Shown: piece by piece, positions 1 through 9,554 of the stretch
Layout: each line of letters begins with the position of its first letter
Position numbering within the stretch: position 1 is the stretch's first letter
Source of the DNA: a virus
Taxonomy: Duplodnaviria > Caudoviricetes
Direction: 5' to 3' (one strand)
IMG/VR virus record: IMGVR_UViG_3300025267_000121
Span: 1 to 24,189 of that record
Length of the DNA: 24,189 bases
Translations under genes and position numbers: made by a program
Notes under the pieces: generated by a model
Told to the model about the DNA's origin: nothing
What the model saw: the letters and a program-made list of their open reading frames with translations, nothing else
The model's database searches: none

Positions 1-2
1 CA

Positions 3-1319
3 GATATTGCTTTAACAGGATTTAAAACAGCTGCTGCAGGGTCAATCATAAAACACAATTTAGTCGATCAAATGATTGATAATTTTGAAGATGCAACGGG
101 CATTGATGATCTTGCGTCAACTAATGAATTGCGTAACGCAGCTGGAAAGTATGTGTCAGGGGCGTCAAACCTAAACGGAACTGGTGGGACGATTACTAGT
201 GCTGGAGGATATACTTATCATTCGTTTACAGCGAATGGCACCTTTACTCCACCTCAAGCAGGAAATATTGAAGTCTTGATGGTCGCAGGCGGCGGTGGTG
301 GCGGAGGTCATCATGGCGGCGGCGGTGGTGCAGGGGGTGTCATTAATGATACTTCATTAGCAGTAACGGCACAAGGATATGCCTTAGTTGTTGGTGCTGC
401 AGGCGCTGGTGGCGCAACTAATGTTGTAGGTGCTAATGGCGGTGACTCAACAGGATTTGGTTGGACAGCCAGCGGAGGCGGAGGCGGTGGAGGTTTCAAT
501 GACCGTCCAGGAAGAGCTGGTGGTAGTGGTGGTGGAGGTTCTGGTAACACAGGATCAAACGCTGGTGGTGCGACAAACCAAGCGTCTGGACATACTGCAT
601 CAAGTGGAACACGAACTGTCTATGGATTTGCTGGACAAAATGGTAGTGGTTCATACAATACTGATGGTTGTGGTGGAGGTGCTGGGGGCGGTGGTAATAG
701 TGGTACTGCCAATAAACGAGACTTTGCTAATTTTAGTGCATTTGGAGTCTCTGGTGCCTTTGCTGGTGGCGGAGGCGGTGGTAACCAAAACAATACAGGT
801 GTTGCTGGCGGCGGTGCAGGCGCAGGTAATGGCGGGGCCAGTCAAGCCGCAGGTCAAGCAGCAACAGCACAGAATACAGGATCAGGAGGTGGTGGAGGAG
901 GTGCATACCATATGCCCGGAGGTGCTGGTGCTTCAGGATGGGTTGGTATTCGCTATGTGACGAACACCTTTCTTAACTACTTAGATTTAACACTTGTCTC
1001 AGCGGCTACAACAGCAGAAGCTGTACCGACAAAAGGTGATATTGTCTTGACTACATCTGCATTAGTTGGTACCTTGAGTATCGGGAACGGACTTAATGGT
1101 GACATTCGTGCTTGGGTCAGTCGAAATGGTGGATCAAACTGGACACAAGGTGCATTGGTTGATGAAGGTGACACCGTTGGTCAGACTATTTTGGTAGCAC
1201 ATGATATAGATATTTCTAGTCAACCTTCTGGGTCATCAATGAAATATAAAATCACAACTCATAATAATAGCGCTAGTAAATCAATAGTGTTACATGCAAT
1301 TTCGTTAGGATGGAGTTAA
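3..1319 (+). CDS. Glycine-rich tail fibre/adhesin-like virion protein, 5'-truncated by the window edge
   Basis: The frame is open from position 3 (DIALTGFKTAAAGSIIKHNLVDQM...), so the ATG at 72 is probably internal. It has a central Gly-rich domain (GGTITSAGGYTYHSFT...VLMVAGGGGGG...GGAGASGWVGIRY) typical of phage tail proteins. Its N- and C-terminal modules are shared with the next gene. Confidence 0.7.
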   Translation, partial: DIALTGFKTAAAGSIIKHNLVDQMIDNFEDATGIDDLASTNELRNAAGKYVSGASNLNGTGGTITSAGGYTYHSFTANGTFTPPQAGNIEVLMVAGGGGGGGHHGGGGGAGGVINDTSLAVTAQGYALVVGAAGAGGATNVVGANGGDSTGFGWTASGGGGGGGFNDRPGRAGGSGGGGSGNTGSNAGGATNQASGHTASSGTRTVYGFAGQNGSGSYNTDGCGGGAGGGGNSGTANKRDFANFSAFGVSGAFAGGGGGGNQNNTGVAGGGAGAGNGGASQAAGQAATAQNTGSGGGGGGAYHMPGGAGASGWVGIRYVTNTFLNYLDLTLVSAATTAEAVPTKGDIVLTTSALVGTLSIGNGLNGDIRAWVSRNGGSNWTQGALVDEGDTVGQTILVAHDIDISSQPSGSSMKYKITTHNNSASKSIVLHAISLGWS

Positions 1320-1759
1320 TCTATGGCAACTTATAGTACAGATAAACCATATCATCGTAAAGTTAGAATAGTTGATCTTGCAATAGGAACCGATGGTCAA
1401 GTCATTACTTATGCTGCGAACGGTAGTGCTGTGGGTGTTGGACCTGGTACTGCTGGTCAAGTTTTGACCAGTGCTGGTTCTGGTGCACCACAAACATTTG
1501 CAACTCCAACCGTCTTTAATGACAATCAACTAAAAGAAGATATTGCTCTAGTTGCATTTAAATCAACAGCGGCTGGGACGTTTGCAAAGCATAATTTAGT
1601 CGATCAGACTATTGATAGTTTTCAAAATACTTCTGGTATCTTTGCAAGTTTGTCATCAAATTACACCCATGATAATACAAATAAGTTGTATCATGGAAAT
1701 GAGAGTGATATGGTACTTGTCTCAACGGCTACGACAGCAGAAGCTGTACCGACAAAAGG
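1011..1759 (+). repeat. 26-nt exact direct repeat ACAGCAGAAGCTGTACCGACAAAAGG (1011-1036 and 1734-1759)
   Basis: Read directly from the sequence; it lies at the start of the C-terminal domain shared by the two paralogs. Confidence 0.9.
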
Positions 1760-1968
1760 CGATCTTATAATTGTCGCAAGTGAAGCTGGTGCTGTGATTG
1801 CGCTTGGTAATGGTCTTAATGGCGATCTTCGTGGTTATGTCAGTAGAAATGGTGGATCAAATTATACACAAGTGACATTGGTTAAGGAAGGTGTTGTATC
1901 AGGCGATCAGGCAATCTATAGTGCTCATGATGTTGATATTTCTAGTCAACCTTCTGGGTCATCAATGA
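1209..1968 (+). repeat. 34-nt exact direct repeat GATATTTCTAGTCAACCTTCTGGGTCATCAATGA (1209-1242 and 1935-1968)
   Basis: Read directly. A third exact 19-nt block, TCGTTAGGATGGAGTTAAT, spans both stop codons (1302-1320 and 2028-2046). Confidence 0.9.
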
Positions 1969-2045
1969 GATGGAAAGTTACAACCCATAATCAAAGTGCA
2001 AGTAATATAACAAAAATTCATGATGTATCGTTAGGATGGAGTTAA
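1323..2045 (+). CDS. Tail fibre-like virion protein, paralog of the upstream gene lacking the Gly-rich insert
   Basis: GTDGQVIT / GTAGQVLTS fibre-shaft-like repeats. Shares the EDIAL.FK..AAG...KHNLVDQ.ID.F module and the C-terminal LVS.ATTAEAVPTKGD...SLGWS domain with 3..1319. Confidence 0.65.
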   Translation: MATYSTDKPYHRKVRIVDLAIGTDGQVITYAANGSAVGVGPGTAGQVLTSAGSGAPQTFATPTVFNDNQLKEDIALVAFKSTAAGTFAKHNLVDQTIDSFQNTSGIFASLSSNYTHDNTNKLYHGNESDMVLVSTATTAEAVPTKGDLIIVASEAGAVIALGNGLNGDLRGYVSRNGGSNYTQVTLVKEGVVSGDQAIYSAHDVDISSQPSGSSMRWKVTTHNQSASNITKIHDVSLGWS

Positions 2046-2054
2046 TAAAATAAT

Positions 2055-2537
2055 ATGAAACAAAACGTGACAGAAAAATTAAATGAGGCATTAAATATTG
2101 ATGCTTCATCACAAGAAGTAGTGGTTAAAGAAGATGTAATTTTTGAACATCCTGAAAATGCACCAGATGCTGAGATTGTCCCGTCTATAAAACGGGAAGA
2201 AGATATGATGTGTGACTATCATTTCAGTCGAAAGAATTATTACAGTCTGGTGACGAAGGCGAATAAAGCGATTGATGGGGCGTTAGCGGTGGCCAATGAA
2301 ACCGATTCGCCACGAGCTTACGAAGTCGCTGCAGGATTGATTAAAACAGCATCTGATACGACCAAAGAATTGGTTGACTTGCAGAAACGAGTGCAAGATG
2401 TCGAAAAGGCTGATGAAAAGAAATCAGGTCCTTCTCATGTGACCAACAATACGTTGTTCTTGGGAAGCACTGCTGAATTACAAAAGTATCTTAAACAAAA
2501 AGCGGCAAATGACCCTAAAGAGTTGTTACAAGAATGA
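2055..2537 (+). CDS. gp16: Terminase small subunit (T4 gp16-like)
   Basis: DY.FSR.NYY.L...A..A...DSPRAYEVAAGLIK and VTNNTLFLGSTAELQK motifs; ATGA overlap with the large terminase. Confidence 0.9.
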   Translation: MKQNVTEKLNEALNIDASSQEVVVKEDVIFEHPENAPDAEIVPSIKREEDMMCDYHFSRKNYYSLVTKANKAIDGALAVANETDSPRAYEVAAGLIKTASDTTKELVDLQKRVQDVEKADEKKSGPSHVTNNTLFLGSTAELQKYLKQKAANDPKELLQE

Positions 2538-4171
2538 GTCAAAAAACACCAGAATCATATTTGGGTAACCCAAATCTGAAAAAGGCGCATGTCCCTGTAG
2601 GATTTTCTGAACACGAAGTTAATGAGTATATGAAATGTTCAGAGGATCCTGCCTACTTTATTGAGCAGTATGTGAAAATCGTTCACGTTGATAAGGGACT
2701 GATTCCTTTTACGATGTGGGATTTTCAACGCAAGATGATTGAGACATTTGTGAAAGATCGGTTTGTGATTTGTAAGATGCCTCGGCAATCAGGCAAGTCA
2801 ACAACGATTATTGCTTACTTATTGCATTATGTGTTGTTCAATCAAGATGTCAATGTCGCCATCTTAGCGAACAAAGGACAAACGGCTCGGGAATTGTTAA
2901 GTCGATTGCAACTGGCGTATGAACATCTCCCGAAATGGTTGCAACAAGGCATTACCGAATGGAACAAAGGGAATATTCAACTTGAAAATGGGTCAAAGAT
3001 TTTGGCCTGTGCCACATCATCGAGTGCGATTCGTGGTGGTACATTCAATATCATTTTCTTAGATGAATTTGCGTTTGTTCCAAACAGTCTTGCCGAACAG
3101 TTTTTTAGTTCGGTGTATCCGACAATCTCCTCTGGAGAAGAAACGAAAGTGTTGATCGTTTCCACTCCAAAGGGGATGAATATGTTTTATAAGATGTGGG
3201 TGGATGCGGAAGAAAAAAGGAGCCACTACACTCCCATCGAAGTGCATTGGAATGATGTCCCTGGTCGTGATGATGCGTGGCGGAAACAAACGATTGCCAA
3301 CACATCAGAAGAACAGTTTCGGACAGAGTTTGAGTGTGAGTTTATTGGGTCAACACAAACATTGGTCTTGCCCAGTAAGTTACGCACGATTCCTTGGAAG
3401 ACACCGAAGTATGAAAAAGATGGGTTGCGGATCTATGAAGACCCGATCCCTAAACATTTTTATGTAATGGTGGTCGATACGGCACGAGGACAGGGGAACG
3501 ATAACTCAGCGTTTTCTATTCTTGATGTAACGGCATCACCATATACACAGGTCGCAGCATTTACCGACCCAAATATTTCTCCGTTGTTGTTTCCTAATGT
3601 GATTCATCGAATAGGAAACGAATACAACACCGCCCATGTCTTAGTGGAGATTAACGACATTGGGCAACAAGTCGCCGATATTCTGCATTACGATCTTGAA
3701 TATGATGAAGTGATGAAATTGACATCAAAAGGACGTAATGGTCAGATTATTGGTGGAGGATTTACCAAACGAGTTCAGTTGGGCGTCCGCACGACAAAAA
3801 CAGTCAAGATGCAGGGATGTTCAAATTTGAAATCAATGATTGAAAATGATACATTGATTGTGAACGATTTTGAAACGGTGAAAGAACTCACCTCGTTTGT
3901 GACATCTGGGCCCTCTTTTAAAGCCGAAGATGGTGCCCATGACGATTTGACGATGACCTTGGTACTTTTTGGATGGCTTGCTGTTCAAAAGTATTTCAAG
4001 GAGTTGACAGATCAGGATTTGCGGTTGAAAATATATGAAGAACGCATTAAATCAATGGATGCGGAAATTATTCCGTTTGGGATTTTAGGTGAAGAGGACG
4101 AGTCGTCATTTGTTGATGCAGACGGACAACGGTGGGAAACCGTTGATGAACCTGTTGGACATGGGTTGTAA
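2534..4171 (+). CDS. gp17: Terminase large subunit (T4 gp17-like)
   Basis: YLGNPNLKK N-terminus, Walker A PRQSGKST, Walker B IIFLDEFAF, VSTP motif, and nuclease domain VVDTARG...HDDL. Confidence 0.97.
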   Translation: MSQKTPESYLGNPNLKKAHVPVGFSEHEVNEYMKCSEDPAYFIEQYVKIVHVDKGLIPFTMWDFQRKMIETFVKDRFVICKMPRQSGKSTTIIAYLLHYVLFNQDVNVAILANKGQTARELLSRLQLAYEHLPKWLQQGITEWNKGNIQLENGSKILACATSSSAIRGGTFNIIFLDEFAFVPNSLAEQFFSSVYPTISSGEETKVLIVSTPKGMNMFYKMWVDAEEKRSHYTPIEVHWNDVPGRDDAWRKQTIANTSEEQFRTEFECEFIGSTQTLVLPSKLRTIPWKTPKYEKDGLRIYEDPIPKHFYVMVVDTARGQGNDNSAFSILDVTASPYTQVAAFTDPNISPLLFPNVIHRIGNEYNTAHVLVEINDIGQQVADILHYDLEYDEVMKLTSKGRNGQIIGGGFTKRVQLGVRTTKTVKMQGCSNLKSMIENDTLIVNDFETVKELTSFVTSGPSFKAEDGAHDDLTMTLVLFGWLAVQKYFKELTDQDLRLKIYEERIKSMDAEIIPFGILGEEDESSFVDADGQRWETVDEPVGHGL

Positions 4172-4182
4172 AACCCTATATT

Positions 4183-4190
4183 TATAAATA
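4183..4190 (+). promoter_or_regulatory. T4-type late promoter TATAAATA upstream of gp18
   Basis: Exact gp55-dependent late promoter consensus in the gp17-gp18 intergenic region. Confidence 0.88.
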
Positions 4191-4278
4191 ATATTGACGG
4201 AAACAAGGCGGCGTTGTGAGAAGTGTAATCAACCAACTATGGCGTATGTAAGTGTACATTTAAGAAGGAGCGAACAAC

Positions 4279-6210
4279 ATGGCATTTCAACTTAGTCCTG
4301 GTGTATTAGTCACCGAAAAAGACTTAACGACTATCGTGCCGGCAGTAGCAACATCTGCTGGTGGCATGGCAGGGACTTTTGCGTGGGGTCCTGCTGAAGA
4401 AGTCATACTCATTGATTCTGAGAACAAATTGAAAGCAACATACCACGAACCAGATGCTAACACCTATGAATGGTGGTTTACGGCAGCGAATTTTCTACAA
4501 TATGGGAACAACCTACAAGTGGTGCGAGCACTCGCATCAACACACACTAATGCGACAGCAGGTAATGGTGTTGTGTCTATTACGGTTACCGCAGGCGGAA
4601 CAGGATATACGTCAGCACCAACAGTAGCGATTGCTGCAGCCCCATCAGGAGGCACAAATGCAACTGCAACAGCTACTGTGGCAAGTGGAGCGGTTACGGC
4701 AATTACAATTACTAATGCAGGTGCAGGGTATACATCTGCTCCTGCTGTGACATTTAGTGGTGGTGGTGGTAGCAACGCCGCTGCAACAGCTGCGGTTACT
4801 GTTTTGATTAAGAACCGATTAGATTATGATAATAATTATTCAACTGGTCAGGGTGCAGGTGCTGAATGGACTGCTAAGTATGCTGGTGCTTTAGGGAATT
4901 CTTTAAAAGTATCCATGTGCGATGAAGCGGCCAACCAAACAGCATATGATGCCTGGGCGTATGTGGCGGATTTTGATGGTCGACCAGGGGATTCGACATA
5001 TGTTAGTAACCGTGGGGGATCAAAAGATGAAGTTCATGTGATTGTGGTTGATGAAGATGGACTCTTTACAGGTACTGCGGGTACCGTGTTAGAACGATTC
5101 CCCTATCTTTCAAAAGCCGCTGATGCACGAAAAGACAACGGTGAAGGGAATTATTATGTTGATGTCATCAATAATCAATCTAAATATATTTATTGGACGG
5201 ACCATACATCCTCAGGTACCAATTGGGGAACAGCTGCACAAGGAATTACGTTTGCAATTTCTGGTGTCGTGACCGAATCATTAACAGGAGGCGTTGATGG
5301 TAATGCTGTAGTTACCGATGGTAACTGGCAAACAGCAGCCACAAAACTCAAAGAACCTGATGAAGTAGACATTCAATTGTTCTTGTTGGGTCCTGGACGA
5401 CCTCATTCTGGTGCGTCTGCTGGCTCTACTAATTGGGTATGGGCATTAAGTAATATTGCTGAATATCGAAAAGATTGTGTGGTCTTTGTTTCGCCTGAAT
5501 ATTCTGATGTGGTCAATCAAGCGGGTAGTGAAGTCACTAATGCGGTGGCATTGCGTGATACTCTGACGAGTTCCTCGTATGCCGTACTTGATGGCAACTG
5601 GAAATATCAATATGATCGATACAATGATGTGTTCCGTTGGCTCCCGATGAACGGTGATACGGCGGGATTATGTGTACGAACCGATACGACAACTGATCCT
5701 TGGTTTTCACCGGCTGGGTTCAATCGTGGCCAAGTGAAGAACGTGATTAAAATGGCGTATCAACCAACAAAAGCACAACGTGATACTCTGTACAAGAAGG
5801 GTATTAACCCTGTTGTGACGTTTGCTGGAGAGGGAACAATCCTCTTTGGTGACAAAACGATGTTGGCGAAACCAAGTGCGTTTGATCGTATCAACGTGCG
5901 GAGGTTGTTCTTAGTATTAGAAAAATCAATCGCCATAGCGGCGAAGTATTCGTTGTTTGAATTTAATGACGAATTTACACGGGCACAATTCAAAAACATG
6001 GTGGATCCATTCTTGAGAGATGTGCAAAGTCGGCGAGGTATCTTTGACTTCAAAGTGGTGTGTGATACATCAAACAACACTCCTGAAGTGATTGACCGTA
6101 ACGAATTTATTGCGGACATTTACGTTAAACCGGCTCGTAGCATCAACTACATCTTCTTAAACTTCATCGCTACCCGAACAGGGGTAAGTTTTGAAGAAGT
6201 TGGTGGATAA
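4279..6210 (+). CDS. gp18: Tail sheath protein (T4 gp18-like)
   Basis: [17 protein letters not shown] start, [36 protein letters not shown]; AAGGAG ribosome-binding site. Confidence 0.97.
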   Translation: MAFQLSPGVLVTEKDLTTIVPAVATSAGGMAGTFAWGPAEEVILIDSENKLKATYHEPDANTYEWWFTAANFLQYGNNLQVVRALASTHTNATAGNGVVSITVTAGGTGYTSAPTVAIAAAPSGGTNATATATVASGAVTAITITNAGAGYTSAPAVTFSGGGGSNAAATAAVTVLIKNRLDYDNNYSTGQGAGAEWTAKYAGALGNSLKVSMCDEAANQTAYDAWAYVADFDGRPGDSTYVSNRGGSKDEVHVIVVDEDGLFTGTAGTVLERFPYLSKAADARKDNGEGNYYVDVINNQSKYIYWTDHTSSGTNWGTAAQGITFAISGVVTESLTGGVDGNAVVTDGNWQTAATKLKEPDEVDIQLFLLGPGRPHSGASAGSTNWVWALSNIAEYRKDCVVFVSPEYSDVVNQAGSEVTNAVALRDTLTSSSYAVLDGNWKYQYDRYNDVFRWLPMNGDTAGLCVRTDTTTDPWFSPAGFNRGQVKNVIKMAYQPTKAQRDTLYKKGINPVVTFAGEGTILFGDKTMLAKPSAFDRINVRRLFLVLEKSIAIAAKYSLFEFNDEFTRAQFKNMVDPFLRDVQSRRGIFDFKVVCDTSNNTPEVIDRNEFIADIYVKPARSINYIFLNFIATRTGVSFEEVGG

Positions 6211-6212
6211 GT

Positions 6213-6220
6213 TATAAATA
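6213..6220 (+). promoter_or_regulatory. T4-type late promoter TATAAATA upstream of gp19
   Basis: Exact consensus immediately after the gp18 stop. Confidence 0.88.
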
Positions 6221-6257
6221 GTTAAGAGAATGTTTCACTAAAGAAGGAGAATAACAA

Positions 6258-6812
6258 ATGGCAACATTGAAACTTACCGATTTTGCAGCCCAAATGGCGC
6301 AAGGTGGTGCCCGAGCAAATTTATTCAGAGTTGATCTTGACCCTGCCGGACCGATTGGTTCTGGGTTAACGAACAAACTGAGTTTTTTGTGTAAGGCATC
6401 TGCGGTGCCTGCTTCAACATTAGGTGTTGTGAATGTTCCTTTTCGTGGTCGGATTTTGAAAATTGCAGGAGATCGTACCTTTGCTGAATGGTCGATTACT
6501 GTGATTAACGATCATAATTGGCAAATTCGCACTGCTTTTGAAGAATGGTCAAACAAAATCAATCACTTTATTGATAATGTAAGTGCAGTTGGAACTGCGG
6601 CTGTAGCAAGTGCTGAAAAGTACACGAATGACGGCACAGTTCATCATCTCGGACGAGATGGAGGTGTTGTTGCGTCTTATGTTATGCGTGATTGCTGGCC
6701 AAGTGAACTCGCAGCGATTGACTTATCGTATGATACAACCGATGCAATTGAAGAATTTACTGTAACATTACAGTATCAATGGTACGAGCCTCTCCATGCG
6801 GCTCATCAATAA
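6258..6812 (+). CDS. gp19: Tail tube protein (T4 gp19-like)
   Basis: GGARANLFRV, VPFRGR.LKIAGDRTF.EW.ITV.ND, IEEFTVTLQYQW; follows gp18. Confidence 0.96.
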   Translation: MATLKLTDFAAQMAQGGARANLFRVDLDPAGPIGSGLTNKLSFLCKASAVPASTLGVVNVPFRGRILKIAGDRTFAEWSITVINDHNWQIRTAFEEWSNKINHFIDNVSAVGTAAVASAEKYTNDGTVHHLGRDGGVVASYVMRDCWPSELAAIDLSYDTTDAIEEFTVTLQYQWYEPLHAAHQ

Positions 6813-6827
6813 TGATTAAATGTGATA

Positions 6828-6857
6828 ATGGTGGGGAGTTCGCTCCCCACCATCTTT
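6828..6857 (+). terminator. 11-bp hairpin with TTCG loop after gp19; probable weak terminator or mRNA 3' stabiliser
   Basis: ATGGTGGGGAG-TTCG-CTCCCCACCAT followed only by CTTT. Confidence 0.7.
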
Positions 6858-6876
6858 CGTAATAAGGAGAAGGTTC

Positions 6877-8379
6877 ATGGCATTGAATTTTTTTGGATTC
6901 AAAATAGGCAAAGATGACGAGGACGAAAAAGCAAAGAGTAAATCGTTTGCTGTTCCTCAACCAGACGATGGATCGTTTACTCTACAGGCTGGTGGATATT
7001 ATGGCGATACGCTAGATTTTGAAGCGGGACTTCATGCCATTCAAAATGAACCACAACTGATTAACCGGTATCGTGAGATTGCGATGTCACCAGAAGGTGA
7101 AAGTGCCGTTGATGATATTGTGAATGAGGCGATTGTTTCTGATGAATGGGAAGCGCCTGTGTCTGTGGTACTTGATGACTTAGAACAACCAGACACGATT
7201 AAAGATCGGATTAAAGAAGAATTTGAGCACGTGCTTCGTTTGTTAGATTTTAGTAATAACGGACACGAACTTTTTAGACGATGGTATGTCGATGGTCGAC
7301 TCTACCATCATATGATTATTGATAATGAACATCCTGAAAAGGGACTCTTAGAAGCACGATATATTGACCCACGGCGAATACGAAAAGTTCGAGAAGTTAA
7401 AAAGGGAGTATCAAAAGCTGGGACGCCTGTTGTTGAGGAAACTGTTGAATATTACGTCTATAACGAAAAAGGACTCATGGGAGGTGCAGGGCAAGGGTTA
7501 AAGATTTCGCCCGATAGCATTTCTTATATTCATTCAGGATTGGTTGATTATAAAAGTCGTTTAGTTCAGAGTTATTTGCATCAAGCGATCAAGCCATTAA
7601 ATCAGTTACGCATGATCGAAGATGCGGTTGTGATTTATCGGTTAGCCCGAGCGCCTGAACGGCGTATTTTTTATATTGATGTCGGGAACCTCCCGAAGAT
7701 CAAAGCAGAACAATATTTGAAAGATATAATGAACAAGTATCGGAACAAACTTGTATACGATGCTCAGACGGGTGAGATTCGTGATGATCGGAAACATATG
7801 ACGATGTTAGAAGATTTTTGGTTGCCTCGCCGAGAAGGTGGACGAGGGACAGAGATCACGACACTTCCTGGTGGTCAAAATCTGGGAGAGATGGATGATG
7901 TCTCATATTTTCTCCGAAAGTTTTATAAGGCGTTGCACGTTCCTGTCTCTCGTTTAGAGAGTGAGAACAATTTTAATATTGGTCGTGCGGCAGAGATTAC
8001 ACGGGACGAACTCAAGTTTTCAAAATTTGTTGGGAGACTTAGAAAACGATTTGCGGGTGTCTTTAATAAGATGCTTGGTACACAATTGTTATTGAAAGGC
8101 GTGATTACAAAAGATAATTGGAACGATTTTCAGCAACACATTCATTATGATTTTGTAAAAGATTCGCATTTCTCTGAGCTCAAACAATCAGAAGTCATGA
8201 GAGAGCGTCTTACAACATTGAATGATTTAGGCGATAATATCGGAAAATATTATTCTCACCAATGGGTTAGAAAGAATGTCCTGATGATGTCTGATGATGA
8301 AATCAAACAAATGGATCAAGAGATTGAAGATGAAAAGGCATCAGGAGGAGACGATGGAGGCGAGGATGATGAGTTTTAA
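6877..8379 (+). CDS. gp20: Portal vertex protein (T4 gp20-like)
   Basis: FRRWYVDGR, LNQLRMIEDAVVIYRLARAPERRIFYIDVGNLPK, EDFWLPRREGGRGTEITTLPGGQNLG. Confidence 0.98.
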   Translation: MALNFFGFKIGKDDEDEKAKSKSFAVPQPDDGSFTLQAGGYYGDTLDFEAGLHAIQNEPQLINRYREIAMSPEGESAVDDIVNEAIVSDEWEAPVSVVLDDLEQPDTIKDRIKEEFEHVLRLLDFSNNGHELFRRWYVDGRLYHHMIIDNEHPEKGLLEARYIDPRRIRKVREVKKGVSKAGTPVVEETVEYYVYNEKGLMGGAGQGLKISPDSISYIHSGLVDYKSRLVQSYLHQAIKPLNQLRMIEDAVVIYRLARAPERRIFYIDVGNLPKIKAEQYLKDIMNKYRNKLVYDAQTGEIRDDRKHMTMLEDFWLPRREGGRGTEITTLPGGQNLGEMDDVSYFLRKFYKALHVPVSRLESENNFNIGRAAEITRDELKFSKFVGRLRKRFAGVFNKMLGTQLLLKGVITKDNWNDFQQHIHYDFVKDSHFSELKQSEVMRERLTTLNDLGDNIGKYYSHQWVRKNVLMMSDDEIKQMDQEIEDEKASGGDDGGEDDEF

Positions 8380-8393
8380 GAAAGGAAAAGTAT

Positions 8394-8801
8394 ATGGTCA
8401 AATATATAGCCACCATATTACTATCCCTGATATTAACATCGCCATTGGCGTTAGCGTGTGATACTGTACCCGTAGACCATAATAAAAAAGAAGGCGGTCC
8501 TTGCATGGTTGAAGGACTCCTTCGTATTGAAAACGGTCAAATTTTTACAGAAGGGCTACAAGCTGCGTGTCATGTAGATGTACAAGCACGTGGTCGTGCC
8601 TTACGGTTGTATCGTCAATGGCGGTCACAGACGATAGTATTAGAAGTACCGCAAGTAGAGAATGTTAATGTTATTGAAATGCAATATATGTGGGGAGCGC
8701 CGTTTGCAGCATTTCGGTACCGTATTATTAACAACAGTTACGAATATTTAAATGCAAAACCAAAAGCGCATTTATGGCACGTAAAGGATGTTAACATATG
8801 A
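8394..8801 (+). CDS. Hypothetical exported protein with N-terminal signal peptide
   Basis: MVKY, a hydrophobic stretch IATILLSLILTSPL, then ALA-C; three Cys residues; ATGA overlap with the next gene. Confidence 0.6.
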   Translation: MVKYIATILLSLILTSPLALACDTVPVDHNKKEGGPCMVEGLLRIENGQIFTEGLQAACHVDVQARGRALRLYRQWRSQTIVLEVPQVENVNVIEMQYMWGAPFAAFRYRIINNSYEYLNAKPKAHLWHVKDVNI

Positions 8802-9274
8802 AACGATTTTCAGAATATCTCATACCAGAAGCAAAAAGTCCTTTTGCCAAGGATAAGAATTATAAGAAGCTCAACCCAAAAATGAAAAAGGCTGTTGATG
8901 AAACGATGGAGGTATGGGAAAAGCTGGGAGTTGATAAACTTGACAAGGCAGCTGCACAAGTCGCCAAGAATCATCGAGTCAAACCAAAGGACATTATTGA
9001 TTTTATTGAAAAGGCTGTTCTTGGAGAAGAAGTTGAAACGTGGTCGACTGTTATTCCAAAACTCTATGATATTAGTCGTGAGTTAGAAACAATGTCTGTT
9101 GAATTTCAAGATGGATCATCTGTTAATGTAGATTACGAGACTGCCTCGAACGTGGTTGGTGTATACGAAAAACTTAACAAAGAGAATAAAGTGCGTATGG
9201 CAGAAATGCTTGAACAAGGCGACAAATGGTTTGCTCAAGTAATTGATTACGTCAATCAGGTAGAGAAGGGGTAA
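8798..9274 (+). CDS. Hypothetical head-associated protein, possible prohead core/internal protein
   Basis: Lies between portal and protease genes; N-terminus MKRFSEYLIPE resembles T4 capsid-targeting sequences. Confidence 0.55.
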   Translation: MKRFSEYLIPEAKSPFAKDKNYKKLNPKMKKAVDETMEVWEKLGVDKLDKAAAQVAKNHRVKPKDIIDFIEKAVLGEEVETWSTVIPKLYDISRELETMSVEFQDGSSVNVDYETASNVVGVYEKLNKENKVRMAEMLEQGDKWFAQVIDYVNQVEKG

Positions 9275-9277
9275 ACA

Positions 9278-9538
9278 ATGTTCAAAGTTAAAGGCACAGA
9301 AATTGCAGCACCAGTAACAACAGGTGCGGGATCAAATGTTGGTAATGCAACGATGGTTCGATGTTATAATTCAGGTTCAACTGCACGATTGGTAACTGTA
9401 CAACTTGCTGATAATACAGCGATTGGTACATTTACATTGGCAGCAGGTGCAGTAGAGTATGTTGATAAAGATAATACAGATGAAATTTTTGCCGCTCATG
9501 CAGAGGTGTTGCTAACATCTGTAGTTGTAATGGGATAA
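9278..9538 (+). CDS. Small beta-rich hypothetical protein, possibly structural
   Basis: 86 aa, Ala/Gly/Thr/Val-rich, purine-rich RBS (GAAGGGG), located within the head gene cluster. Confidence 0.6.
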   Translation: MFKVKGTEIAAPVTTGAGSNVGNATMVRCYNSGSTARLVTVQLADNTAIGTFTLAAGAVEYVDKDNTDEIFAAHAEVLLTSVVVMG

Positions 9539-9554
9539 AATCAGGAGGTGGGTT

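Noticed and set aside
311-960. Pro-rich minus-strand ORF and Val-rich alternative-frame ORF (430..960)
   Set aside because: They are by-products of GGT/GGC glycine codon runs in the real gene.
1011-2046. Repeats considered as a CRISPR array or DGR template/variable repeat pair
   Set aside because: They are in-frame parts of two paralogous genes without regular spacing, the differences are not confined to adenines, and no reverse transcriptase or cas gene is in the window.
4191-4278. Long gp18 leader with a TTGACG hexamer, considered as a sigma70 promoter or structured RNA
   Set aside because: No matching -10 at the proper spacing and no convincing stem-loop; the TATAAATA late promoter explains the region.
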